Shown here piece after piece: positions 1-7,410 of a DNA stretch of 12,400 nucleotides (position 1 is its first letter; each line of letters begins with the position of its first letter). The notes under the pieces are model-generated. The model worked only from the letters and a program-made list of their open reading frames with translations, searched no databases and was not told the DNA's origin. A program made the translations under genes and the position numbers. Source of the DNA: an uncultured Deinococcales bacterium (GTDB taxonomy: Bacteria > Deinococcota > Deinococci > Deinococcales > JAAFIG01); the NCBI GenBank assembly GCA_964247135.1, contig CAXTTL010000142.1:1-12400 (forward strand), given 5' to 3'.

Positions 1-1
1 C

Positions 2-457
2 GAGGTGATTGCCATTGACCCCGACGCGCCCAAACCCACTCGAGCCAGGTGGTTTGAACTCGACAACGCGCACCTGCTCGAGCAACCCAAACTGATTCAT
101 TGGGTTGTACGCACAGAAAACCTCGAGTTAGCCGTTCAAGAATATCCGCAACACGGACGAATTCTCGAGGCGTCGCGCGGCAATTTAAACTGGCGGATTG
201 CCGTACCAGACGACGGTCACCTCAATTTTGAAGGTTTGATTCCGACGCTTATTGCCTGGCGCGGCATTCATCCGACATCGCAACTCGAGTCACAGGGCTG
301 CGAATTCATAAAACTCCAAGGCTCTCATCCAGAGCCAGCAGCCGTGAACCACACACTCGAGCAACTTGGAGCGCAAACTTTGCTCGAGGTTTCACAGGCG
401 CCAAAAGCCAAACTGAGAGCCATCATTCAAACGCCACACGGCAGGGTTGAGTTGTGA
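2..457 (+). CDS. VOC/glyoxalase-like domain protein, 5'-truncated by the window edge
   Basis: Frame is open from position 2 (GAG GTG ATT). The motifs EVIAIDP..P...RWF.LD, L.HWVVRT, RG.L.WRI.VP.DG and P.LI.W are typical of Glyoxalase_3-type VOC proteins. Confidence 0.75.
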   Translation, partial: EVIAIDPDAPKPTRARWFELDNAHLLEQPKLIHWVVRTENLELAVQEYPQHGRILEASRGNLNWRIAVPDDGHLNFEGLIPTLIAWRGIHPTSQLESQGCEFIKLQGSHPEPAAVNHTLEQLGAQTLLEVSQAPKAKLRAIIQTPHGRVEL

Positions 458-516
458 CCCACGGCTTAGAAAAGTGTTAAACTGGGTCGCAGTTAAAATC
501 AAAGAGGTTAATTCGA

Positions 517-608
517 CTCCTGCGAGGGTTTGAACCTCAGAATTCCGAACAACGGCATCTGAGTTTTCAACAACAGGGGGTTTTATGAATTCATTCAAAT
601 CCAGGAGG
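517..608 (+). promoter_or_regulatory. Structured leader upstream of preT containing the SD (AGGAGG 603-608) and a potential anti-SD
   Basis: CTCAGA 536-541 pairs with TCTGAG 558-563. The arm 517-534 is complementary both to 566-579 and to 594-607, which includes the SD. Confidence 0.35.
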
Positions 609-615
609 GACACCC

Positions 616-1950
616 GTGGCACTTAACCCGAGCGACCTCGAGCCTCACGTTTTACAGCAAAACTTTCACGAACTGATGCCCGCCTTATCCAGCCGCGAAG
701 CCGTGATCGAAGCCACGCGCTGCCTGTTTTGTTACGACGCGCCCTGCACCCACGCCTGTCCAACGCACATCGACATTCCCAGATTCATCAAAAAAATCAG
801 CACCGAAAATACCCTCGGCGCAGCCAAAACCATCCTCGAGAGTAACTTTTTGGGCAGCACCTGTGCTCGGGTTTGCCCCGTCGAAGAACTCTGCGAGGGC
901 GCGTGCGTGCTCGGCAGCGACCACAAACCCATCGAAATTGGGCGCTTGCAACGTTACGCCACCGATTATGTGATGGACAAGAAAATAGACGTGTTCAAAG
1001 CTGGAAAACCGAGCGGTAAAAAAATCGCCGTGATTGGTGCAGGACCGGCAGGTTTAAGTTGTGCCGCCGAACTCGCCAAACTCGGTCATGCCGTCACCGT
1101 TCTCGAGAAAAAACCGCTCGCAGGCGGCTTGAGCACCTACGGCATCGTGGTTTTCCGCGAACCCGTCGAAGTCAGTCTGGCGGAAGTTGACATGGTCAAA
1201 CGTCTCGGTGTAATTGTCCAAAACAACGTCACAGTCGGCACAGATATCAGTCTTGAAGAACTGAACTCGAGTTACGATGCAGTATTTTTAGGGACTGGAC
1301 TCGGTAACGTCCCGAACCTCGAGATTCCAGGCGAAGACTTGGACGGTGTGGTGGACGGCATCGAATTTATTGAACGCACCAAAACCGATGACTTAGCCAG
1401 CATCAAAGTTGGGCAAAAAGTTGTCGTGATTGGCGCGGGAAATACCGCCATCGACGCCGCCACCATCGCCCGCAGGCTCGGCGCTCACGTCACCATGATC
1501 TACCGACGAACCAAAACTGAAATGACCGCCTACAATTTCGAGTTTGAATTTGCTAAACTCGAGGGCATTGAATACCGCTTTTTAACCGCGCCTGTCAGCA
1601 TCAAAGGCTCGGGTTTTGTTGAAGGACTCGAATGCACCGCCATGCAACTCGGCGCTCCAGACTCGAGCGGCAGACCACGCCCCGAACCCATCCCAAACAG
1701 CAATTTTGTGCTCGAGTGCGACATGGTGATCAAAGCCATTGGACAAGAAAAACAAACCAACCTCGCCCAAGAACTCGGCTTAACCCTCGAGAAAGGTTAT
1801 ATCGTCGTCAACAATCAAAACCAAACCAGCCACCCTCGAGTTTACGCTGGCGGCGACTGTGTGCGGTTAAAAGGCGATGCGAGTACGGTCATGGCAGTGC
1901 AAGACGGCAAAATTGCCGCAAAGAGTATCCATTTGAGCCTCCAGCATTAA
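616..1950 (+). CDS. preT: Dihydropyrimidine dehydrogenase subunit PreT/PydX (GltD-like FAD/NAD(P)H Fe-S flavoprotein)
   Basis: EA.RCLFC.DAPC...CP and CARVCP....CE..C Fe-S motifs, two Rossmann motifs (GAGPAG, GAGNTAID), C-terminal YAGGD. GTG start with AGGAGG SD; adjacent to preA and hydA. Confidence 0.9.
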   Translation: MALNPSDLEPHVLQQNFHELMPALSSREAVIEATRCLFCYDAPCTHACPTHIDIPRFIKKISTENTLGAAKTILESNFLGSTCARVCPVEELCEGACVLGSDHKPIEIGRLQRYATDYVMDKKIDVFKAGKPSGKKIAVIGAGPAGLSCAAELAKLGHAVTVLEKKPLAGGLSTYGIVVFREPVEVSLAEVDMVKRLGVIVQNNVTVGTDISLEELNSSYDAVFLGTGLGNVPNLEIPGEDLDGVVDGIEFIERTKTDDLASIKVGQKVVVIGAGNTAIDAATIARRLGAHVTMIYRRTKTEMTAYNFEFEFAKLEGIEYRFLTAPVSIKGSGFVEGLECTAMQLGAPDSSGRPRPEPIPNSNFVLECDMVIKAIGQEKQTNLAQELGLTLEKGYIVVNNQNQTSHPRVYAGGDCVRLKGDASTVMAVQDGKIAAKSIHLSLQH

Positions 1951-1956
1951 GCCGTG

Positions 1957-1992
1957 CTCCCTCTCCGCTGGTGGGAGAGGGTTGGAGAGAGG
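1957..1992 (+). repeat. REP-like palindromic repeat, copy A (hairpin plus G-rich tail)
   Basis: CTCCCTCTCCGCTGGTGGGAGAGGGTTGGAGAGAGG; stem CCCTCTCC 1959-1966 / GGAGAGGG 1974-1981. Confidence 0.9.
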
Positions 1993-2008
1993 AGGAATGC
2001 CAGTGATT

Positions 2009-2338
2009 TCACTCCAACATCGCCAATCGAACCCTCTCGAGCACCCCCTCGAGATTCTCGAGGATTTCATAATTCCAAAATCGCATCACCCGAAACCCTT
2101 GAGACTTAAGCCAGGCATCCCGAATTTTGTCGTATTCGCTTCCCGCATGATGATTTCCGTCGGCTTCAATAATGATTTTATGCTCGAAACACACAAAATC
2201 GACAATGTAACGCCCAAGCGGTTGTTGTCTTTTGATTTTCACGCCAAAATTGTTCCTGCGCAGATGTTTCCACAATACTGCTTCGGCAGCCGTCATGTTG
2301 GAACGCATTCGTTTGGCTCGAGTGAGAAGTATATCCAC
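2009..2338 (-). CDS. DUF559 / Vsr-like PD-(D/E)xK endonuclease
   Basis: RA+.MR.NMT.AE..LW..LR, KIKRQ.P.G.YIVDF.C.E.K.IIE.DG..H and RD..L...G+.V.RFWN are hallmark DUF559 motifs. Start codon (GTG) is uncertain, with no clear SD. Confidence 0.88.
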   Translation of the reverse strand: MDILLTRAKRMRSNMTAAEAVLWKHLRRNNFGVKIKRQQPLGRYIVDFVCFEHKIIIEADGNHHAGSEYDKIRDAWLKSQGFRVMRFWNYEILENLEGVLERVRLAMLE

Positions 2339-2386
2339 CAGTCTTTTTTAGCACATGCTGCTCGAGAATTGCGTGCTTTTGCGCCC

Positions 2387-2422
2387 CCTCTCCCCGACCC
2401 TCTCCCACCGGCGGAGAGGGAG
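2387..2422 (-). repeat. REP-like palindromic repeat, copy B (inverted relative to A)
   Basis: Reverse complement is CTCCCTCTCCGCCGGTGGGAGAGGGTCGGGGAGAGG, 3 mismatches to copy A over 36 nt. Confidence 0.9.
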
Positions 2423-2440
2423 AATTGCTTTAGGTGATGT

Positions 2441-3817
2441 ATGGCTGATTTATCGATTGATTTTTGTGGCATCAAATCCCCGAATCCTTTCTGGCTTGCC
2501 AGTGCGCCGCCAACCAATTCTGGGCATCAAATTCATAAAGCTTTTGAGGCGGGTTGGGGAGGTGCGGTTTGGAAGACGATTGGTGCGCCTGTGTTGAACG
2601 TCTCGAACCGTTACGGCACAGTCAAATACAACGGGCAAATTATTGGGCTGAACAACGTCGAACTAATCTCGGATCGTCCGCTCGAGATCAATTTACGTGA
2701 AATCGCGGAAATCAAAAAATTGTGGTCTGACCGTGCCGTCATCGTATCCGCAATGGTGGAGAGCACTCGAGAAGCTTGGAAGGACATCATTCAGCAGATC
2801 GAGGATACTGGCGCGGATGGCATCGAACTCAATTACGGTTGTCCGCACGGCATGTCTGAACGCGGCATGGGCGCAGCGGTAGGGCAAGTCCCCGAATACT
2901 GCCAGCAAATCACCAGTTGGGTCACAGAATTCTCGAGCCTGCCTGTGATCGTGAAACTTACGCCGAACGTCACAGACATCACCTATCCTGCTCGAGCGGC
3001 GGTGGCGGGTGGCGCGAATGCGCTTAGTTTAATCAACACCATCAACAGCATTGTCGGCGTGAATCTGGACACTTTCGAGTTAAGCCCGAACATTGGTGGA
3101 AAAGGCGGACACGGTGGTTATGCGGGTCCTGCGGTCAAACCGATTGCGCTGCATTTGCTTTCGCAAGTTGCTTTGGTGCAAGAGGTCGCTCGAGCCAAAA
3201 TGCCAATTTCGGGCATGGGCGGCATCATGAATTGGAAAGATGCCGCCGAATTTTTGCTGCTTGGCGCTTCGAGTTTGCAAATTTGCACGGCTGCCATGTT
3301 GTACGGTTATCGCGTTGTCGAGGACATGATTGACGGGCTTTCCAACTGGCTCGACGAAAAAGGCATCGCAAGCGTCAACGAAATCATCGGCGCGAGTTTG
3401 CCGCGCATTTCAGATTTTGGGGATTTCGATTTGGGCTTTAAAACGGTCGCCAGAATCAACCAAGATTCCTGTATTCAGTGTGATCTGTGCTATATCGCCT
3501 GCAACGACACCGAACACCAGTGCATTGATTTGTACCGTGATGGTGCGCTCGTCGCGGCAGGACATGATGCTCGAGACAATGGTAAGCACATGGCAACCTC
3601 GAGCCGTCCATTTCCGGTCATCCGTGAATCCGATTGTGTGGGTTGCGATTTATGCCATAACGTTTGCCCAGTGCAAGGCTGCATCGAAATGGTGCAAGTC
3701 CCCAGTGGACGCGAAGGCACGACTTGGCGACAACTCTCGAGCGAACGCCCTGAAGTCACGCAAGATTGGGCGGCGATGAAAGCGTACCGCGCCGAAATTG
3801 GTTTGGACATTCACTGA
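2441..3817 (+). CDS. preA: NAD-dependent dihydropyrimidine dehydrogenase subunit PreA/PydA
   Basis: NPFWLASAPPT, GGAVWKT, NVELISDR, catalytic ELNYGCPH, VKLTPN, INT, and two C-terminal CxxCxxC ferredoxin motifs. SD AGGTGA. Confidence 0.95.
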   Translation: MADLSIDFCGIKSPNPFWLASAPPTNSGHQIHKAFEAGWGGAVWKTIGAPVLNVSNRYGTVKYNGQIIGLNNVELISDRPLEINLREIAEIKKLWSDRAVIVSAMVESTREAWKDIIQQIEDTGADGIELNYGCPHGMSERGMGAAVGQVPEYCQQITSWVTEFSSLPVIVKLTPNVTDITYPARAAVAGGANALSLINTINSIVGVNLDTFELSPNIGGKGGHGGYAGPAVKPIALHLLSQVALVQEVARAKMPISGMGGIMNWKDAAEFLLLGASSLQICTAAMLYGYRVVEDMIDGLSNWLDEKGIASVNEIIGASLPRISDFGDFDLGFKTVARINQDSCIQCDLCYIACNDTEHQCIDLYRDGALVAAGHDARDNGKHMATSSRPFPVIRESDCVGCDLCHNVCPVQGCIEMVQVPSGREGTTWRQLSSERPEVTQDWAAMKAYRAEIGLDIH

Positions 3818-3861
3818 TCCCGAGCAGTCATTTTTTGTAGACTTGGTGAAAGGAGGAATCC

Positions 3862-4428
3862 ATGACCGCAACGCTTGAAAACGTGAACCTCGAGCCACAT
3901 CGTTTTACCGTGCAGGAATACCAACGAATCTTTGAGTCAGGCATTTTGCCAAGCGATCAACGCAACCAATTGATTCGAGGGGAGATTTACTTTATGGCGG
4001 CAATGGGCGCAGCACACTACAAGGCGATTCGGGTTCTGACAAAATTACTTCATCAAAAGTATTCTGATCTTTGTGATGTTGTGCCTCAAGCGCCGATTGT
4101 GGTTTGGGATGACTCCGAACCCGAGCCAGATTTTGCCCTGATACGCAGTGATTTTGCTGGCGGCATTCCCGAAGCGACAGACGTTTTGCTGGCAATCGAA
4201 GTCAGTGATTCCACACTCAAATTTGATCGCGAGAAAAAACTACCCGAATACGCTCGCTCGAGCATTCCTGAAGTCTGGATTTTCAATCTAGCAGAAGCAC
4301 AACTCGAGGTGTACCGCGAACCGAGTGGTGAACAGTTTTTGCAATTGCAAATTTTAAAACCCGAACGTGAAGTGTCGGCATTGTTCGCGCCAGAAGTCAA
4401 ACTCGAGTGGTGGAAGGTACTGGTGTAA
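3862..4428 (+). CDS. Uma2 family (DUF820) putative endonuclease
   Basis: HRFTV.EY..., LI.GEI..M...G..H, SEPEPD, LL.IEVSDS+L..DR..K...YA...IPEVWI. SD AAGGAGG. Confidence 0.9.
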   Translation: MTATLENVNLEPHRFTVQEYQRIFESGILPSDQRNQLIRGEIYFMAAMGAAHYKAIRVLTKLLHQKYSDLCDVVPQAPIVVWDDSEPEPDFALIRSDFAGGIPEATDVLLAIEVSDSTLKFDREKKLPEYARSSIPEVWIFNLAEAQLEVYREPSGEQFLQLQILKPEREVSALFAPEVKLEWWKVLV

Positions 4429-4608
4429 ATGACTTCGGAAATTGATATTGAACAAACCAAAGAATTGAATGACTTGCTTGCCAAACTAAAATCCTTACCT
4501 CGAGCGTGGCGTTTGGAAATCGTTGCTGCCCTCGAGAATTATTCATTTTATGAAAAATTGGGCGTTCCAGAGAATACTGATATTTTCCAAGTCGAGAATT
4601 TTGATTGA
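4429..4608 (+). CDS. Small acidic 59-aa protein, not in the ORF track
   Basis: ATG immediately follows the Uma2 TAA: MTSEIDIEQTKELNDLLAKLKSLPRAWRLEIVAALENYSFYEKLGVPENTDIFQVENFD*. It fills the gap before hydA. Confidence 0.6.
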   Translation: MTSEIDIEQTKELNDLLAKLKSLPRAWRLEIVAALENYSFYEKLGVPENTDIFQVENFD

Positions 4609-4642
4609 AAGTTGAATTGTTGAATTGAAAGCGAGGCTCAGA

Positions 4643-6022
4643 ATGTCATTGCTCATCAAAAACGGCGAGATCATCACGGCAGACTCGAGGTACGTGGCAG
4701 ATATTTTTGTCGAAAACGAAACGATCACCCGCATTGGGGTCAACCTCGAGACTCCAGCCAATACTGAAGTTATTGATGCCACTGGAAAGTATGTTTTCCC
4801 AGGTTTTATCGACCCGCACGTTCACGTGTACTTACCGTTCATGGCGACCTTTGCAAAAGACACCCACGAAACCGCGTCAAAAGCCGCCGTCATCGGTGGC
4901 ACGACCACGTTTATCGAAATGTGCTGCCCCAACCGCACCGAGGACGCGCTCGAGGGTTACAACCTCTGGAAGTCCAAAGCGGCGGGTCACAGCGCTTGCG
5001 ATTACAGTTTTCACATGTCGGTCACAAAGTTTGATGACAACACCGAAAAACAACTTCGTGAAATCGTGAAAGACGGCATCTCGAGCTTCAAGATTTTTTT
5101 ATCGTACAAAAACTTTTTTGGCGTGGACGACGGTGAAATGTTTAAAACCATGACGCTTGCCAAAGAATTGGGTGTGATCGTGACCGCGCACTGCGAGAAC
5201 GCCGAATTGGTCGGGCAACTGCAAGCCAAACTTTTAGCGGAAGGCAAGACTGGACCCGAATATCATGAAACCTCGAGACCCGAAAGTGTCGAAGCCGAAG
5301 GCACGAACCGTTTTGCGACCTTCCTCGAGACGACGGGCGCGACGGGTTACGTGGTGCATCTTTCGTGTCAGCCAGCCTTGAAAGCGGCGACAGCAGCAAA
5401 ATCTCGAGGTGTGCCGATTTACATCGAATCGGTGCTGCCGCATTTTATTTTGGATAAAACCTATGCCGAACGCCCAAACCATGAAGGCGCAAAGTTTGTG
5501 ATGTCACCGCCACTGCGCGATAAACGCAACCAGAAACCACTCTGGGATGCACTCGAGCAAGGATTTATTGACACGGTTGGCACGGATCACTGCCCGTTTG
5601 ATGTGGCACAAAAAGCCTTGGGTGTCGGGGATTTCACCAAAATTCCCAACGGCATTCCCGCCATCGAAGACCGCGTGAACGTGCTATACACCTACGGCGT
5701 TTCTCGCGGAAACTTGGACATTCACCGTTTTGTGGATGCTGCCAGTACCAAAAGTGCCAAACTGTTTGGCTTGTTCCCGCGCAAAGGGACGATTGCGGTT
5801 GGTTCGGATGCCGACCTTGTGATTTACGACCCGAATTATCGCGGGGTGATCTCGAGCAAAACCCAGACCGTCAACAACGATTACAACGGTTTTGAAGGCA
5901 TGGAAATTGACGGCAAACCCAGCGTTGTGACCGTGCGAGGACAGGTTCAAGTGCTTGATGGAAAATTTGTTGGAAACTCGAGCATGGGCGAGTTTTTGCG
6001 TCGCAAGCCACAACATTTTTAG
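4643..6022 (+). CDS. hydA: Dihydropyrimidinase / D-hydantoinase
   Basis: LLIKNG.I, PGFIDPHVH (HxH), GGTT, SSFK (carbamylated Lys), AHCEN, VVHLS, MSPPLR, GTDHCPF, KG.IAVGSDAD. ATG at 4643 has a GAGG SD. Confidence 0.95.
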   Translation: MSLLIKNGEIITADSRYVADIFVENETITRIGVNLETPANTEVIDATGKYVFPGFIDPHVHVYLPFMATFAKDTHETASKAAVIGGTTTFIEMCCPNRTEDALEGYNLWKSKAAGHSACDYSFHMSVTKFDDNTEKQLREIVKDGISSFKIFLSYKNFFGVDDGEMFKTMTLAKELGVIVTAHCENAELVGQLQAKLLAEGKTGPEYHETSRPESVEAEGTNRFATFLETTGATGYVVHLSCQPALKAATAAKSRGVPIYIESVLPHFILDKTYAERPNHEGAKFVMSPPLRDKRNQKPLWDALEQGFIDTVGTDHCPFDVAQKALGVGDFTKIPNGIPAIEDRVNVLYTYGVSRGNLDIHRFVDAASTKSAKLFGLFPRKGTIAVGSDADLVIYDPNYRGVISSKTQTVNNDYNGFEGMEIDGKPSVVTVRGQVQVLDGKFVGNSSMGEFLRRKPQHF

Positions 6023-6023
6023 T

Positions 6024-6467
6024 ATGAAAGCTGAATTAAAAAGCAACAATTTCACGATCTCGACCGATCAAACCCGTTTTGACCTTGAGTTGATTCACAG
6101 CGTTCTGACCAAACTTCCTTGGGCTGAAGGCGTGACGCTCGAGGTGGTGAAACACGCGATGCAGCATTCGTTGGCGTTTGGGATTTTTGAAGGAACTTCC
6201 CAAATTGGCTATGCTCGAGTCGTCACCGATTTCACGCGCACAGCTTGGCTTGCCGACGTTTTTATTCTCAATTCGCATCGTGGGCAGGGTTTGGGAAAGT
6301 ATTTTGTCAAAACCATTCTCGAGCATCCGCGTTTACAGACCGTCAAATGGTTGCTCACCACAGACGACGCCCAAGATTTGTATCGGCAATTTGGTTTTTC
6401 AGAACTTGATCCAAGCAAGTTTATGATTCGCCAACCGAACAAACATTTTAACGAAGCCGTAAAATAA
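6024..6467 (+). CDS. GNAT family N-acetyltransferase
   Basis: ISTD...D...IH..L, QIGYARVVTD, LADVFI...HRGQGLGK (acetyl-CoA motif A), L.T.DA..LY..FGF. ATG lies 1 nt after the hydA stop. Confidence 0.88.
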   Translation: MKAELKSNNFTISTDQTRFDLELIHSVLTKLPWAEGVTLEVVKHAMQHSLAFGIFEGTSQIGYARVVTDFTRTAWLADVFILNSHRGQGLGKYFVKTILEHPRLQTVKWLLTTDDAQDLYRQFGFSELDPSKFMIRQPNKHFNEAVK

Positions 6468-6482
6468 CGCTCGAGGTTAAAA

Positions 6483-7295
6483 GTGACGAATGCAATTTCC
6501 CCGCTCGTAAGTGTTAACGATGTCAGCATGATCTACCGAACTCGAGCACCGAATGGCGAAGCATTGGAAACCGTCGCCCTGAAAAATGCGAACCTCGAGA
6601 TTGGGCAGGGCGAATTTATTTCGTTGATCGGTCCGAGCGGTTGCGGCAAAACCACGTTGCTGCGCTTGCTGGCAGATTTGATTCAACCCAGCACTGGCAG
6701 CATTGGCATCGGTGGCAAAACCCCTCAGCAAGCTCGAGAAGCCAGAGCGTATGGTTATGTTTTTCAAGCGCCCGCTTTGTTCGATTGGCGCAACGTCATG
6801 GGCAACGTCATGTTGCCACTCGAGATTATGGGGTATAACCTTCAGGACCGCAAAGCCCGAGCCGAGAAAATGCTGGCGCTGGTTGGTCTCGAGAAATTCT
6901 CGAAGAATTTTCCGTGGCAACTTTCGGGCGGAATGCAGCAACGGGTCAGCATCGCTCGAGCGCTTGCTTTCGAGCCGCAATTGCTGTTCATGGACGAACC
7001 CTTCGGCGCTCTTGACGAGATCACCCGCGAGAATTTAAACCTCGAGCTTCTCAGGCTTTGGCGCGAAACAGGCAAAACCATTATTTTCGTGACCCACAGC
7101 ATTCCCGAAGCAGTGTTTCTTTCAACTCGAGTTGTGGTCATGACCCCGCGCCCAGGCAAAATTGAGAAAATCATCAACGTTGACTTGCCACACCCACGCG
7201 ATTTTGACACTCGAGAATCCCCGCGTTTCTTCGAGATTGCCACCGAAATCCGTGAATCTTTGCGTCACGGTCATGGTTACGAGGGACATGAATGA
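6483..7295 (+). CDS. ABC transporter ATP-binding protein (NitT/TauT family, probable pyrimidine uptake)
   Basis: Walker A GPSGCGKT, signature LSGGMQQR, Walker B LLFMDEPF, H-loop FVTH. Substrate is inferred from context. Confidence 0.93.
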   Translation: MTNAISPLVSVNDVSMIYRTRAPNGEALETVALKNANLEIGQGEFISLIGPSGCGKTTLLRLLADLIQPSTGSIGIGGKTPQQAREARAYGYVFQAPALFDWRNVMGNVMLPLEIMGYNLQDRKARAEKMLALVGLEKFSKNFPWQLSGGMQQRVSIARALAFEPQLLFMDEPFGALDEITRENLNLELLRLWRETGKTIIFVTHSIPEAVFLSTRVVVMTPRPGKIEKIINVDLPHPRDFDTRESPRFFEIATEIRESLRHGHGYEGHE

Positions 7296-7361
7296 TAATG
7301 GATAGTTTTCTAAATCTATGTGCGACTTGCCATTACTTCATCCGATCTAGACTTCAATTTA

Positions 7362-7403
7362 GCTCCCTTCTCCTGATGTTGGGAGAAGGGTTGGGGATGA
7401 GGG
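7362..7403 (+). repeat. Solo REP-like palindromic repeat, copy C (variant)
   Basis: GCTCCCTTCTCCTGATGTTGGGAGAAGGGTTGGGGATGAGGG; stem CCCTTCTCC 7365-7373 / GGAGAAGGG 7382-7390, followed by the same type of G-rich tail. Confidence 0.85.
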
Positions 7404-7410
7404 TAGACTG

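Larger units (their letters stand above)
1957..2422. mobile_element. Candidate 466-bp unit: DUF559 nuclease gene bounded by inverted REP-like repeats
   Basis: Inverted repeats identical at 33/36 positions flank a single antisense gene lying between preT and preA, which are normally adjacent. No target-site duplication seen. Confidence 0.5.

Noticed and set aside
392-622. 76-aa minus-strand ORF with a VVENSDA/VVRNSEV internal repeat
   Set aside because: Overlaps both neighbouring genes, has no SD and no recognisable family. The degenerate 21-nt repeat coincides with the leader hairpin.
616-1950. Glutamate synthase small subunit (gltD) call
   Set aside because: Homologous fold, but there is no gltB, and adjacency to preA and hydA indicates PreT.
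2178-2408. ORF MGEGRGEG... possibly frameshifting at the A6 run into DUF559
   Set aside because: The N-terminus is simply the translated repeat. DUF559 looks complete from 2338, and no evidence supports recoding.
4601-4630. Short TTGA(A/T) iterations before hydA
   Set aside because: Low-complexity and only about 30 nt. It could be an operator or short tandem repeat but cannot be supported.
7319-7333. CxxCH (CATCH) haem-c motif in the 37-aa bridging ORF
   Set aside because: No signal peptide or cytochrome context; most likely chance.
1957-7403. CRISPR interpretation of the palindromic repeats
   Set aside because: Only three dispersed copies in mixed orientation, with no regular spacers and no cas genes.
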